A stretch of 64,000 nucleotides of DNA from an uncultured delta proteobacterium (GCA_963815115.1 CAWFFN010000007.1:352001-416000), one strand, 5' to 3'; counted from the stretch's first letter, positions 48,209 through 58,840 are shown. Notes: a model not told the origin generated them from the sequence alone. Numbers and translations are program-made.

Positions 48209-49361
48209 GTGGACCGACCGTATCGGGTGGCTTACGTGATCGGCGAGCTCGGCAAGGGCGGCGCCGAGTACCAGCTCTACGAGCTGGTCCGCGGTCTCGA
48301 TCGCACCCGCATCGACCCGGCGGTCTTCGTCCTCGCGTCGGGCGGCTACTGGACGGGCCCCCTGCGCGAGCTCGGAGTGGCCGTGGAGGAGATTCCCGGA
48401 CGCGGCTTCGCGGATCTCGGACGGCTCCGCCGGCTGCGCGCGGCCCTGCGCCGTTGCGCGGCGGACGTGCTGCACACGGTGCTGTGGTCGGGGAACTGCT
48501 ACGGACGCCTCGCCGCCGTCGGGCTCGGCATTCCCGTGATCATCGCCGCGGAGCGCAACGTCATCGCGCGGCCGCCATGGCAGGTGGGCATCGAGCGCCT
48601 GCTCGATCGCTGGACCGACGTGTACCTGGTGAACTCCGGCGCGGTGGTGCAGGGCCTGGTGTCGCGCGAGCACCTGCCGGCAGCAAAGATGCGGGTGGTG
48701 CCCAACGGGATCGACCTGACCCGCCTGCCGCAGTTCGCGCTCGACCGGCAGGATGCGCGACGCTCGGCGCGGGTTCGATCCACGGCGCCGCCTGGTTGCC
48801 CAGGTCGGCCGCCTCGCCCCGCAGAAGGACTACCCCACCTTCCTTGCCGCCGCCGCGCGGGTCGCCGCGCAGGTGCCCGACGTGGACTTTCTCGTCGTCG
48901 GCGAGGGGGAGCTCCGGGGCGAGCTGGAGGCGACGGCCACCCGCCTCGGCCTCGCAGGCCGCGTGCGCTTCCTCGGCCTGCGTCACGACGTGCCCGCGTT
49001 GCTGGGCGCCGTCGACGTCCTCGCGCTGACGTCGCTGTACGAGGGGCTTCCCAACGTGGTGATCGAGGCGATGGCGACGGGTGCGGTGGCGGTCGCCACC
49101 GACGTCGGCGGCTGCCGGGAGCTGCTGGCTCCCGGCGAGACCGGGTTCGTCGTGCCGCCCGGAGACGTGGAGGCCGTCGCGGCCGCCGTGCTCGCCGTCC
49201 TGCGAGCGCCGGAGACGGCGCGCCGGGTCGCCGCCGCCGCCCGCCGGCGCATCGAGGCCGAGTTCGGCCTCGATGCCATGGTGCAGCGGACGGTGGAGGT
49301 CTATGACACGTGGCTCGCGCGCAAGGGGCTCGCCGATCGCCGGGCGGTGGCTGCGGCCTGA
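48209..49361 (+). CDS. Glycosyltransferase family 4; one apparent frameshift at ~48770
   Basis: N-half GGAEYQL...PNGID (ORF 48209) and C-half VGRLAPQKD...EGLPNVVIEAMA (ORF 48753) join on removing one base near 48770. Confidence 0.85.
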
Positions 49362-49367
49362 ACCCGC

Positions 49368-50645
49368 ATGCGCATCGCCTACGTCATCCCGGCCTATCCG
49401 CCGCTGCCCTCGCAGCCCTTCGTGGTGAACGAGATGGTCGCCGTCCAGGATGCCGGCCACGCCGTGGTGATCCTGCCGCTGTATGCGGGAGGCAAGGACG
49501 GCCTCCGGCACGGGACCTTCGCGCGCCTGCGGCCCGCGGCGGTGCTGCCCGCGCCGCTGTGCGACTGGCGCACCGCCGGGCTCGCCGGGCTGATCCTCCT
49601 GCGCCATCCCGTGCGGGTGCTGCGCACGTTGCTCGGCCTGCACTGGACCGCGGGCCGCAGCCTCGCATCGCATGCGCGCCTGATCGCCGTCACTCCGAAG
49701 GCGCTCGCGGCGGCGTGGCGGCTGCCCCGGCTCGGCGTCGAGCAGCTCCACGCCCACTTCGCCAACCAGACCGCCGACTGCGCCGCGATCGCCGGGAGCG
49801 TGGCCGACCTCCCGTTCTCGTTCACCGCCCATGCCTACGACATCTACTCGACCGACGCGCGGCTGCGGAACGCCACGCTCGACTGGAAGCTGCGCCACGC
49901 CGCGCGCGTCTTCGCCGTCAGCAACTTCGCACGCGACCTGTTGCGCGCCCGGCTCCCCGCCGCCGACCGCGAGCGGGTGTGCACGGCCTACGTCGGCATC
50001 CCGACGGGGCTCTTCCGGGCCGAGCCGCCGCCGTCCGACCGCGACGGCGTGCAGCTGCTCTGCGTCGCCCGCTTTCAGGAGAAGAAGGGGATCGACACCC
50101 TCCTCGAGGCGTGCGCGCTCCTTCGGGATCGGGGGATATCGTTCCGGCTCGACCTGATCGGCGATGGCCCCCTGCGGACCGATCTCGAGGCGCAGGTGGC
50201 GCGTCTCGACCTCGGACGGCACGTGACGCTGCCCGGGCCCCGATCGCAGGAGGAGGTCGCGCGGGCGATGAAGGCCTGCCATCTGGTCGTGATGCCGTGC
50301 CGCCGCGATCGCACCGGCGACATGGACGGCATCCCGACCGTCTTCATGGAGGCGCTCGCCACCGGGCGGCCGGTGGTGAGCTGCGCCGTGTCGGGGGTGC
50401 CCGAGCTGGTGCGCGACGGCGAGACGGGATTGCTCGTGCCGCCGGACGACCCGGGCGCGCTCGCCGGCGCGGTGGAACGGCTCGCGGGCGATCCGGCCCT
50501 GCGGGCGCGGCTGGGGACGCAGGGCAGGGCGCTGGTCGAGCGGCAGCACGATCAGGATCGCAACGCCCGCCGGGTGGTCGAGCTCCTCGCGGGCGAGCCC
50601 GCCGCGCCCGAGCCGGCGCCCCGCCGGCGCGCTCGCCACGGCTGA
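49368..50645 (+). CDS. Glycosyltransferase family 4 (WcaL-like)
   Basis: HAHFAN; TAHAYDIY; EKKG; DGIPTVFMEA. Confidence 0.9.
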   Translation: MRIAYVIPAYPPLPSQPFVVNEMVAVQDAGHAVVILPLYAGGKDGLRHGTFARLRPAAVLPAPLCDWRTAGLAGLILLRHPVRVLRTLLGLHWTAGRSLASHARLIAVTPKALAAAWRLPRLGVEQLHAHFANQTADCAAIAGSVADLPFSFTAHAYDIYSTDARLRNATLDWKLRHAARVFAVSNFARDLLRARLPAADRERVCTAYVGIPTGLFRAEPPPSDRDGVQLLCVARFQEKKGIDTLLEACALLRDRGISFRLDLIGDGPLRTDLEAQVARLDLGRHVTLPGPRSQEEVARAMKACHLVVMPCRRDRTGDMDGIPTVFMEALATGRPVVSCAVSGVPELVRDGETGLLVPPDDPGALAGAVERLAGDPALRARLGTQGRALVERQHDQDRNARRVVELLAGEPAAPEPAPRRRARHG

Positions 50646-50689
50646 ACCGGCTCGACGCTTCACGCGGGAGGGGCTAGGGGGGAGGCTGG

Positions 50690-51112
50690 ATGGCCGAGAC
50701 CGTCCCGCTCGAACGTCCGCGGCTGCGCACCCTGATCGTCCGCGCGCTGCGGCTGCGCTGCCCGCGCTGCGGGACGGGACCCCTGTACGCCCGCCGCCTG
50801 TCGATGCTCGAGCGCTGCCCGGCGTGCGGGCTGCGCTACGAGCGCGAGCAGGGATACTTCGTCGGAGCCATCTACGTGAACTACGCCATCACCACCGTGG
50901 CCGTGCTGGGCGGGGTGCTGGGGCTCGACGAGCTCTTCGGCCTCTCGCTCACCGCGCAGCTCGCGATCGCGGTGCCGCTGGCGTTGTTGCTCCCGCTCCT
51001 GGTGCACCGCCATGCCAGGAGTCTCTGGCTCGCCATCGGCTACCTGGCCGGATCGCTCGACGAGCGGGCGGCGCGCGCCGCCAGGCGCGGGCGTCGCCTA
51101 CCGGGGGGCTGA
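50690..51112 (+). CDS. DUF983-like zinc-ribbon membrane protein
   Basis: RCPRCGTGPLY...CPACGL..EREQGYFVGA plus two TMs. Confidence 0.8.
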   Translation: MAETVPLERPRLRTLIVRALRLRCPRCGTGPLYARRLSMLERCPACGLRYEREQGYFVGAIYVNYAITTVAVLGGVLGLDELFGLSLTAQLAIAVPLALLLPLLVHRHARSLWLAIGYLAGSLDERAARAARRGRRLPGG

Positions 51113-51757
51113 GGCCTCGGGCGCGGGTTCGGCGCGCAGCGCGCGGGCGTCGGCCGTCAGCCGGCGCAGGTCGTCCTGATCGCTGCCGTGGTAGTAGCCG
51201 CGGATGCGCAGGGCGCGGTCCACCAGGACGAAGCGATCGCTGTGCGTGATCGGTGACGTGGGCGGGCCGTCGTCGGCGAAGGCGACGCGAAACCCGTCGC
51301 GCAGCAGCGCCGCCACGGCGTCACGCGAGCCGGTGAGGAAGAGCCAGTTCGGGCCGGCGCGGTAGCGCGCGGCATAGGCCGTCAGTACGGCGGGGTCGTC
51401 GTGTGACGGATCGACGCTGAGGGAGACCAGCCGGACCGCGTCGTCCCCGCCGGCGAGAGACTCCTGGAGCGCCGACATGCGGGTCGACAGCGCCGGACAG
51501 ACGTCCGGGCAGCGGGTGAAGACGAAGTCGGCGATCCACACCCGGCCGGCGAGGTCGGGCGCCGTGACGGTCGCCCCGCTGCGCTCGGTCAGGCTGAAGG
51601 GCGGAATTTGGCCAAGGACCGGCAGGGGCTCGGATCGGCTGCAGCCGAGGACCAGTCCGCCCGCCAGGAGCAGGGCGCGCGCGATGCGCGAGGGGTCAGT
51701 GCCCCACGGCTTCCGTGGTGTGCTCGATCGCAGTGGTGATGAGGCGGGTGATGGCAC
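51098..51757 (-). CDS. SCO1/SenC family copper chaperone (start uncertain)
   Basis: FVFTRCPDVCP; SVDP; ITHSDRFVLVD; lipobox LVLGC. Confidence 0.88.
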   Translation of the reverse strand: MPSPASSPLRSSTPRKPWGTDPSRIARALLLAGGLVLGCSRSEPLPVLGQIPPFSLTERSGATVTAPDLAGRVWIADFVFTRCPDVCPALSTRMSALQESLAGGDDAVRLVSLSVDPSHDDPAVLTAYAARYRAGPNWLFLTGSRDAVAALLRDGFRVAFADDGPPTSPITHSDRFVLVDRALRIRGYYHGSDQDDLRRLTADARALRAEPAPEASAPR

Positions 51758-52046
51758 CGAGATCTGGAAGCAGCATCAGTACGAGGAAGACGCACAGGAT
51801 CGCGGGCGTCAACGCGATGTAGGTGAGCTGCGGTTTCTCGTGGACGAGATGCATGTAGTAGAGGGCGACCAGAGAGGCCTTGCTGGAGGCCAGCAGGACG
51901 AGCGCCACGCCGATCACGAAGCGGCTCAGCGGCAGGAAGGTGGCGCCGATCTCGAGCGCCGTGAGCACGGCGAGCCAGACGAACACCTGGATGTAGCGGC
52001 GCTCCTCGTGGGCCATCTGCTCGGGCGTCGCGGTTGATGCGGTCAT
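51696..52046 (-). CDS. ctaF: Cytochrome c oxidase subunit IV
   Basis: VFVWLAVLTALE; KASLVALYYMHL; operon context. Confidence 0.85.
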   Translation of the reverse strand: MTASTATPEQMAHEERRYIQVFVWLAVLTALEIGATFLPLSRFVIGVALVLLASSKASLVALYYMHLVHEKPQLTYIALTPAILCVFLVLMLLPDLGAITRLITTAIEHTTEAVGH

Positions 52047-52072
52047 GACGTTCTCCCCTCCGGACGGCGAGC

Positions 52073-52678
52073 TCAGATCAGATAGATGAACGTGAACACG
52101 AGGATCCAGATGAGATCGACGAAATGCCAGTACAGGCCCGCGATCTCCACCGGCGAGCTGCGCTCGGGGGTGAAGCGCCCGGCCATGCCGAGGAGCAGGA
52201 TGATGGTGAGGTAGATCACGCCGCTGAAGACGTGCATGCCGTGGAAGCCGGTCAGGATGAAGAAGGTGGCGCCGAAGTTGTTGCGGCGGATCGACTGGCC
52301 GTGTTCGATGAGGTGGCTCCACTCGTAGGCCTGCAGGCTCAGGAAGAGGATGCCGCCGAGGACGGTGAGCGCCATGAACTTGCGGAACTTGGCGGCGTTG
52401 CCCTGCCGGATGCCGGCGAGTCCTTCCACCATCGTCACGCTGCTGCAGATGAGGAGGAAGGTCATGAGCGCGGTCAACGGGATGCCGAGGATGGTGGACG
52501 GACGGGGCCAGGCGGGATCGCCGTAGCGCAGGGCGCCGTAGCCGGCGAGGAGCGCTCCGAAGGTCATGGCGTCGGCAGCGAGGAATGTCCACATGCCGAG
52601 CTTGCCCCAGCTCTCCGGGGTGAGCGGGGACTCGGCGGGTTCGACGAGCGCGTGCTGGGTGGCGGCTGCGGTGCTCAC
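52073..52678 (-). CDS. ctaE: Heme-copper oxidase subunit III
   Basis: KLGMWTFL; TFLLICSS; TGFHGMHV; GLYWHFVDLIW. Confidence 0.92.
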   Translation of the reverse strand: MSTAAATQHALVEPAESPLTPESWGKLGMWTFLAADAMTFGALLAGYGALRYGDPAWPRPSTILGIPLTALMTFLLICSSVTMVEGLAGIRQGNAAKFRKFMALTVLGGILFLSLQAYEWSHLIEHGQSIRRNNFGATFFILTGFHGMHVFSGVIYLTIILLLGMAGRFTPERSSPVEIAGLYWHFVDLIWILVFTFIYLI

Positions 52679-52680
52679 GT

Positions 52681-52977
52681 TCAGCTCTCCTCTGGTCCGT
52701 CGGCGGGCTGTGGCCGCCGCAGGATGATGACCTCGGCCCGACGGCGACCGCTGCGGCGGCGATGGGCGAGGAACAGCCACCCCGCCGCGAGCCCGAAGAC
52801 CGTGTAGGGCATGGCGATCAGGAACAGCACGCTCCAGTTGAAGGCGCGCGCCACCGGATCGTCGTGCGTGAAGGCGGTACCGCACATCGCGCAGCCCTGG
52901 GCGAGAACCTGGGGCGGTATCAGCAATGCGGCGGCGAGCAGCGCGACTCCGACCAGCAGGGTTCGTGATCCGGTCAT
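52681..52977 (-). CDS. Small membrane protein with CAMC motif in the cox operon
   Basis: Signal peptide, AQGCAMCG, then one TM helix. Confidence 0.7.
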   Translation of the reverse strand: MTGSRTLLVGVALLAAALLIPPQVLAQGCAMCGTAFTHDDPVARAFNWSVLFLIAMPYTVFGLAAGWLFLAHRRRSGRRRAEVIILRRPQPADGPEES

Positions 52978-52984
52978 GCGCACC

Positions 52985-53590
52985 TCAGTAGAGATACACG
53001 AGCGGGAAGAGGAAGCCCCACAGCCCGCAGACGAAGTACCAGTAGATGGTGCTCATCTCCAACCCGGCGTATCGGCGCGGGGAGAAGTACCCTCGCCCCG
53101 CCAGGACCGCGACGACGGAGAGCCACAGAACGGCCACGAGCACGTGCAGGGCGTGGCATCCGATGAGCACGTAGAAGGCCCCGCCGTAGTTGCTGCTGCC
53201 GGGCGTGAGCCCGTGATGGAGGAGTCGGATCCACTCCGCTCCCTGCACGGCGAGGAAGATGGCGCCGAGAGCGGCGGCCACGTGCACGCTGCGGCCCGCA
53301 CCCTCGCCGCGCCGCACCGCGCGCAGCGCACGCGTCAGCGGGATGAGGCTCGCGAAGAGCACCAGAGTGTTGAGGGCGGCGACGCCGGCGGGCAGACGTG
53401 GCAGATCGAGCGGCGGCCAGGTCGGGGCGGAGAGCCGGAACACCAGATACATGCCGATCAGCCCGGTGAAGAGCATCGTCTCGGCCGTGATGACGATGAC
53501 GATCGCCAGGCGGGTGTTGCTCACCGCGGGCTCGAGCGAGGCGGGAGGCGGCGCGAGCCGGCCGGGCATGGCGAGGCTTTCGGTCGTCAT
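52985..53590 (-). CDS. ctaE: Heme-copper oxidase subunit III (second copy)
   Basis: AETMLF; LNTLVL; GCHALHV; YWYFV. Confidence 0.88.
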   Translation of the reverse strand: MTTESLAMPGRLAPPPASLEPAVSNTRLAIVIVITAETMLFTGLIGMYLVFRLSAPTWPPLDLPRLPAGVAALNTLVLFASLIPLTRALRAVRRGEGAGRSVHVAAALGAIFLAVQGAEWIRLLHHGLTPGSSNYGGAFYVLIGCHALHVLVAVLWLSVVAVLAGRGYFSPRRYAGLEMSTIYWYFVCGLWGFLFPLVYLY

Positions 53591-54495
53591 CGCGGGAACG
53601 AGAGCTTGTCCAGCGCCATCGTGGCAAGCAGCACGGGCAAGTAGACCAGGGACACGACGAGGAGCCGGCGCGCGTCCCCCAGCGAGCGGCTGCGGGCGAG
53701 CCCGATGGCGGCCCAGAGGAAGCCGAGGCCGAGCAGGAGCGCGATGGCGAAGTAGAGGCTCCCGGCCATGCCGAGCAGGGTCGGCAGCAGAGCGACCGGC
53801 AGCAGGGCGAGACAGTTGACGACGGCCTGGATGGCGGTGCTCGAGCCGTCGGTGTCGACGACGGCAAGGACGCGAATGCCGGCGCGCGCGTAGTCGTCGC
53901 GGTACATCCGGCCGATCGCGAGCGTGTGAGGTATCTGCCAGAGGTACATGATCGCGAACAGGACCCACGCCTCTGCCGAGACACCGCCGCGCGCCGCGGC
54001 CCAGCCGGCGACCGGCGGCAGCGCGCCGGGAACGGCGCCCACGAGCGAGCAGAGCGAGGTGCGCGACTTGAGCGGAGTGTAGGCGAGCAGGTACGTCGCG
54101 GCGATCGCGGCGGTGACGAGCGCGCACGCGCCTCCGGCCGCCATCTGGAGGTAGGCGAGGCCGCCGATGAGCAGCGCGAGCCCCACGACCAGCGCCTCGC
54201 CGGGCGCCAGGCGGCCATCGGGCAGCGGCCGGTGCCGGGTGCGCTCCATGCGGGCGTCGAGATCACGCTCCATGTATTGATTCAGCGCGAGCGTGCCGGC
54301 GGCGGCCAGGGCCGTACCGACCAGCGTGTGCACCAGCAGTCGAAGCGACGGGGCCGCATCGGCGCCGAGGTAGAAGCCCACGAGCGTCGTGACCAGCACC
54401 ATGGTCACCACCCGCGGCTTGGTGAGCGCGACGTAGTCCGCCAGCCGCTGGCGGATGGAGGTCGCGGGCCACTGAAGAGTCGAGGGTTCCGCCAT
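53587..54495 (-). CDS. ctaB: Protoheme IX farnesyltransferase (heme O synthase)
   Basis: LTKPR; NQYMERDLDARMERTRHRPLP; YTPLK; WQIPH. Confidence 0.95.
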   Translation of the reverse strand: MAEPSTLQWPATSIRQRLADYVALTKPRVVTMVLVTTLVGFYLGADAAPSLRLLVHTLVGTALAAAGTLALNQYMERDLDARMERTRHRPLPDGRLAPGEALVVGLALLIGGLAYLQMAAGGACALVTAAIAATYLLAYTPLKSRTSLCSLVGAVPGALPPVAGWAAARGGVSAEAWVLFAIMYLWQIPHTLAIGRMYRDDYARAGIRVLAVVDTDGSSTAIQAVVNCLALLPVALLPTLLGMAGSLYFAIALLLGLGFLWAAIGLARSRSLGDARRLLVVSLVYLPVLLATMALDKLSFPR

Positions 54496-54498
54496 GTG

Positions 54499-56263
54499 TC
54501 AGTGCGTCCCGGAGCCGGCGACCTGCGGCTCGAGCCGCCGCGCCTGGGGCAGGTAGTCCTCGCTGACGAGCGGCGACGAGTACTCGTAGGGCCCGCGATA
54601 GACGGTCGGGAGCTCGCCGGGGAAGTTGCCGTGCGGGGGCGGCGTCGGCGCCTCCCACTCGAGCGTGTTGGCATGCCACGGGTTCCGCGGCGCTCGCTGC
54701 CCGGCGACGAGACTCATGAAGAAGTTGAGGACGAAGACCAGCTGCGACGCGCCCAGGCAGAGCGCGCCGATCGTCATGATGACGTTCCAGTGCTGGAGGG
54801 GCTTCAGGAACTCGTACTGGGTCGGGTTGTAGATGCGCCGCATGTGGCCGCCGATCCCGATGATGTGCATCGGGAAGAAGGTCACGTTGAAGAAGATCAG
54901 GGTGAGCCAGAAGTGGATCTTGCCGAGCGTCTCGTTGAGCATGCGGCCGAACATCTTCGGGAACCAGTAGTACAGTCCCGCGAAGATGCCGAAGATGCTG
55001 CCGCCGAAGACCACGTAGTGGATGTGCCCGACGATGTAGTACGTGTCGTGGATGAACATGTCGACGGGCGTGGACGCCATGTAGATGCCGGAGAGCCCGC
55101 CGATCACGAACATCGACACGAACCCGAGGGCGAACAGCATCGGGGTCTTGAACTGGATGCGGCCGCCCCACAGCGTACCCAGCCAGTTGAAGGTCTTGAT
55201 GGCCGAGGGGACGCCGATGACCATCGTCGTCAGCATGAAGCTCATGCCGAGCATGGGGTTCATGCCGCTCTGGAACATGTGGTGACCCCACACGATCCAC
55301 GACAGGAAGGCGATGCCGATCATCGAGAACGCCATGGCGTGGTAGCCGAAGATCGGCTTGCGCGAGAACGTCGAGAGCACGTCGGAGGCGATGCCCATGG
55401 CGGGAAGGATCAGGACGTAGACCTCGGGATGACCGAAGAACCAGAACAGATGCTGCCAGAGCAGCGGCTCGCCGCCGCCCGGCGGCAGGAAGAAGTGGGT
55501 GCCGCCGAGGCGGTCGAAGAGGAGCATGCCGAGCGCTGCCGTGAGGACCGGCAGTGCGAGCAGGAGGAGGATCGCCGTGATGAAGAGCGCCCAGATCGTG
55601 AGCGGCAGCCGGAACCAGGTCATTCCGGGTGCCCGCATGTTGATGACCGTCGTGATGTAGTTGACCGAGCCCATGAGCGAGGACGCGCCGAGGATGATGA
55701 GGCTGATGCACCAGAGGTTCTGTCCCCACTCGACGCCGCTGTAGGCCGGGACCGCGCTGAGGGGTGGGTACGACGTCCAGCCCGCCGAGGCGGCCCCACC
55801 CGTGACCAGGAAGCTCAGCGAGCATCAGGATGCCGGCGGGCACGGCACTCCAGAAGGAGAGCGCGTTCAGGAGCGGGAAGGCCATGTCGCGCGCGCCGAT
55901 CATCAGGGGGATGAGGAAGTTGCCGAAGCATCCCACCAGGATCGGCATGACCGCGAAGAAGATCATGATGGTCGCGTGCATGGTGAAGAAGGCGTTGTAG
56001 GTCTCGGGCGGGATAATGCCGTCGTACATGGTGGGCTCGGGCACCCAGTGCATGCCCGGCACGGCGGTCTCCGGCCACGCCAGCTCCCAGCGAACCAGGA
56101 GCGCCAGGACGCCGCCGAGCACGAGCATGGCGAGCCCCATGCTGAGAAACTGCTTTCCGATCTGCTTGTGATCGGTCGAGAAGACGTAGGTGCGGAAGAA
56201 GCCGAGCTCGTGATGCCCGGCCTCGTGCGCCCGCGCCTCCGCGTGGACGATCGCTTCACTCAT
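54499..56263 (-). CDS. ctaD: Cytochrome c oxidase subunit I (A1 type); one apparent frameshift at ~55817
   Basis: STDHK; TMHATIM; GARDMAFP; removing one base at 55817 restores LASFLVTGGAASAGWTSYPPLS; WFFGHPEVY; WGHHM; HIHYV. Confidence 0.92.
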
Positions 56264-56288
56264 CGACGGTCCTCCTGCTGCCGCGGGA

Positions 56289-56969
56289 TCATCCCTGGGG
56301 TGCCGCGCCCGCCGGGCCGACCTTGTGGTCGCGTGCCCAGGCGTCGTACGCCTCCGGCGTGTCGACGTACACCCAGCCGCGCATGCCCGAGTGACCGAAG
56401 CCGCACAGCTCGGCACACGGCACCTCGTACTTCCCGGGCTTGGTGGCCTTGAACCAGACCGGGATCGAGTGCCCGGGCACCGCGTCCTGCTTGAGACGGA
56501 AGTTCGGAACGAAGAAGCTGTGGATGACGTCCTTCGACTTGAGCCGGACGCGCACCACCTTGTCGACCGGGACGTGGAAGTCGTTGTCCATGTGCACGTC
56601 GTCCGGGGTGTCCAGCTTCCCGTCGGGGCCCGGGTAGGCGATCTCCCAGTTGAACTGCTTCGCCTCGACCTGGATCTCGAAGTCGCTCGGCGGCTGGGTC
56701 TCCTTGATCTCCGCCCATGTGGATCGGCTCACCAGCGCCAGCACTGCCAGGATCATCGCGGGGATCGCCGTCCAGACGATCTCGAGCGTGGTGTTGCCGT
56801 GCGTGTAGGTGGCCCGACGGCCGGGGCGGTCCCGGTAGCGGAAGAGGAAGAACAGCAGCGTGAGCTGCACCGCGAAAAACACCGCCGTCGTGAGGTAGTA
56901 GATGGCGTAGAAGAGAGCATCGATCTGCCCACCGTAGGTGGACACGTTCTCGGGCAACCAGCTCAGCAT
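56289..56969 (-). CDS. ctaC: Cytochrome c oxidase subunit II (no fused cytochrome c)
   Basis: LEIVWT; DVIHSF; CAELCGFGHSGM CuA motif. Confidence 0.95.
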   Translation of the reverse strand: MLSWLPENVSTYGGQIDALFYAIYYLTTAVFFAVQLTLLFFLFRYRDRPGRRATYTHGNTTLEIVWTAIPAMILAVLALVSRSTWAEIKETQPPSDFEIQVEAKQFNWEIAYPGPDGKLDTPDDVHMDNDFHVPVDKVVRVRLKSKDVIHSFFVPNFRLKQDAVPGHSIPVWFKATKPGKYEVPCAELCGFGHSGMRGWVYVDTPEAYDAWARDHKVGPAGAAPQG

Positions 56970-57164
56970 CGGGCGGTCCCTACCTCCATTCGCCCGGACG
57001 AGGTGTGAACGGGCGCGTGTCCGGGGACGGCTGCGTGCGACTCGTGGTGGCCATCGTAGCGACTTCTCGTGAGAATTCCGCGGCTCTTACCGCGAAGGCC
57101 TTGCGGGTGCAAGCCGCGGCGCATCCGTTTGACACCTCGGAGGGTCGAGGGTACGGGATGCGCC

Positions 57165-57341
57165 ATGGAGGCGCTTCACCAGTTCCTCGGCATCGTCACC
57201 AAGGCGGACAACATTCCCATCGTCTTCATGCTCGTGCTGGTGCTGTTCTTCACCTGGGTCGGTCTCAAGCAGGCACTGCGCAACGACCACCTGATCGAGC
57301 AGGGACGCGCGGACGAGATCCTGAAGGAGATGCAGCGCTGA
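57165..57341 (+). CDS. Small single-TM protein (58 aa)
   Basis: MEALHQFLGIVTKADNIPIVFMLVLVLFFTWVGLKQALRND...; TTGACA at 57129-57134 upstream. Confidence 0.65.
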   Translation: MEALHQFLGIVTKADNIPIVFMLVLVLFFTWVGLKQALRNDHLIEQGRADEILKEMQR

Positions 57342-57391
57342 GCGCCGCCGCGTACTTGGTGAGCCGCGCGCGCGTCTGCTAGAGTCCTCGC

Positions 57392-57886
57392 ATGCCCTTC
57401 ACGATCGTTGCCGAGAACTGCACCGGCTGCACCGCCTGCGAGAAGCGGTGTCCCACGAAGGCGATCAGCGGTGACCCGAAGAAGGCCTACTACATCGAGG
57501 CGACGCTGTGCATCGACTGCGGTGCCTGCGGCGTCATCTGCCCCGACGAGGCCATCCTCGACACCTACGGCAACGTCACCAAGGTGCTCAAGCGCCAGGA
57601 ACGTCCGATCGCCGTCGTCCATCCGGACAACTGCAACGGCTGCGGCGTGTGCGTCGACGTCTGCCCCTTCGATTGCATCAGCCCTTCGCCGGACAACCTC
57701 GCCGCCTACCTCGGCCGCGTGGAGGTCAACGAGAAGACCTGCGTGGGCTGCAAGCTGTGCGAGGAGGTGTGCGGCTGGGAGGGCATCTACATCATGCCCG
57801 GCAAGACGAAGGAGGCGTTTCTGGTGTCGGTTGGGGGCGTGGCGGGGGCGGAGGAAGAGGCCGATACGCCCGACAGCGCGGCCTGA
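57392..57886 (+). CDS. Polyferredoxin with four [4Fe-4S] motifs
   Basis: CTGCTACEKRCP; CIDCGACGVICP; CNGCGVCVDVCP; CVGCKLCEEVCG. Confidence 0.92.
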   Translation: MPFTIVAENCTGCTACEKRCPTKAISGDPKKAYYIEATLCIDCGACGVICPDEAILDTYGNVTKVLKRQERPIAVVHPDNCNGCGVCVDVCPFDCISPSPDNLAAYLGRVEVNEKTCVGCKLCEEVCGWEGIYIMPGKTKEAFLVSVGGVAGAEEEADTPDSAA

Positions 57887-57964
57887 GCCGCGCGAAAAAC
57901 ACCCCGGCTGCTTGAGGTAGAGTTGTTCGGGGGCCCGGGCGCGGCTTCGAGCGACCCCCGCCGG

Positions 57965-58840
57965 CTACCCGACGATCTTGTTCAGCGGGTACTCGATGAT
58001 GCCGACGGCACCCGCGTGCAGCAGGCGCGGAATCAGGTCGCGCACCATGGCCTCCGCGGCGACGCTCTCCACCGCGAACCAGTCGGTCCCGTAGAGGTTG
58101 GAGACGGTGGGGGAGGTGAGCGCCGGCAGGAGAGCGATCACGTCCTGCAGCCGCGCGGCCGGCACGTTCATCTTGAGGCCCACCTGCGCCTCCGCGCGCA
58201 GGGCGCCCGCGAGAAGCAGCCCGATCTGCTCGATCTTCGCGCGCTTCCAGCCGACCTCCCAGGCGTCGCGATTGGCGATGAGCTGGGGGACGGATTCGAA
58301 GAGGTCGCAGACGATGCGGAGCCCGTGGGCGCGGATGGTCGAGCCGGTTTCGGTGACCTCGACGATGGCGTCGACCAGGCCCTCGGCGACCTTCGCCTCC
58401 GTGGCGCCCCACGAGAACTCGATCTTGACGTCGATCCCGCGCTCCTCGAACCAGCGCCGGGTGTATTCCACCAGCTCCGTGGCGACGCGGGCACCGCGCA
58501 GGTCCTCGGGCTTCTGCACGGGCGAGTCGCGCGCCACCACCAGGACCCAGCGGGTCGGCCGCAGGCTCGTCTTCGAGTAGACCAGCTCCTGCGCCACGAC
58601 CACCTGCGCGTCGTACTCGAGCACCCAGTCGCGCCCGGTGATCCCGGCATCGAGCGCGCCGCTCTCGACGTAGCGTGCCATCTCCTGTGCCCGCACCAGC
58701 AGGCAGCGCAGCGCCGCGTCGTCCACCCGGGGAAAGTAGCTCCGCTCGCCGGTCGTGATCTTCCAGCCCGAGCGGCGGAAGAGCTCGATGGTGGCCGCCT
58801 CGAGGCTGCCCTTCGGGATGCCGAGCTGCAGGACGTTCAT
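57965..58840 (-). CDS. hisG: ATP phosphoribosyltransferase, long form
   Basis: GIPKGSL; RAQEM; DAGITG; WGATE; ETGST; C-terminal regulatory domain. Confidence 0.96.
   Translation of the reverse strand: MNVLQLGIPKGSLEAATIELFRRSGWKITTGERSYFPRVDDAALRCLLVRAQEMARYVESGALDAGITGRDWVLEYDAQVVVAQELVYSKTSLRPTRWVLVVARDSPVQKPEDLRGARVATELVEYTRRWFEERGIDVKIEFSWGATEAKVAEGLVDAIVEVTETGSTIRAHGLRIVCDLFESVPQLIANRDAWEVGWKRAKIEQIGLLLAGALRAEAQVGLKMNVPAARLQDVIALLPALTSPTVSNLYGTDWFAVESVAAEAMVRDLIPRLLHAGAVGIIEYPLNKIVG

Noticed and set aside
52073-53590. Two subunit III genes as a novelty
   Set aside because: Split or duplicated subunit III genes are common in bacterial A-type oxidase operons
54499-56263. cox1 as a pseudogene or programmed frameshift
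   Set aside because: All metal-ligand motifs and the rest of the operon are intact, and there is no slippery site; a sequence error is more parsimonious
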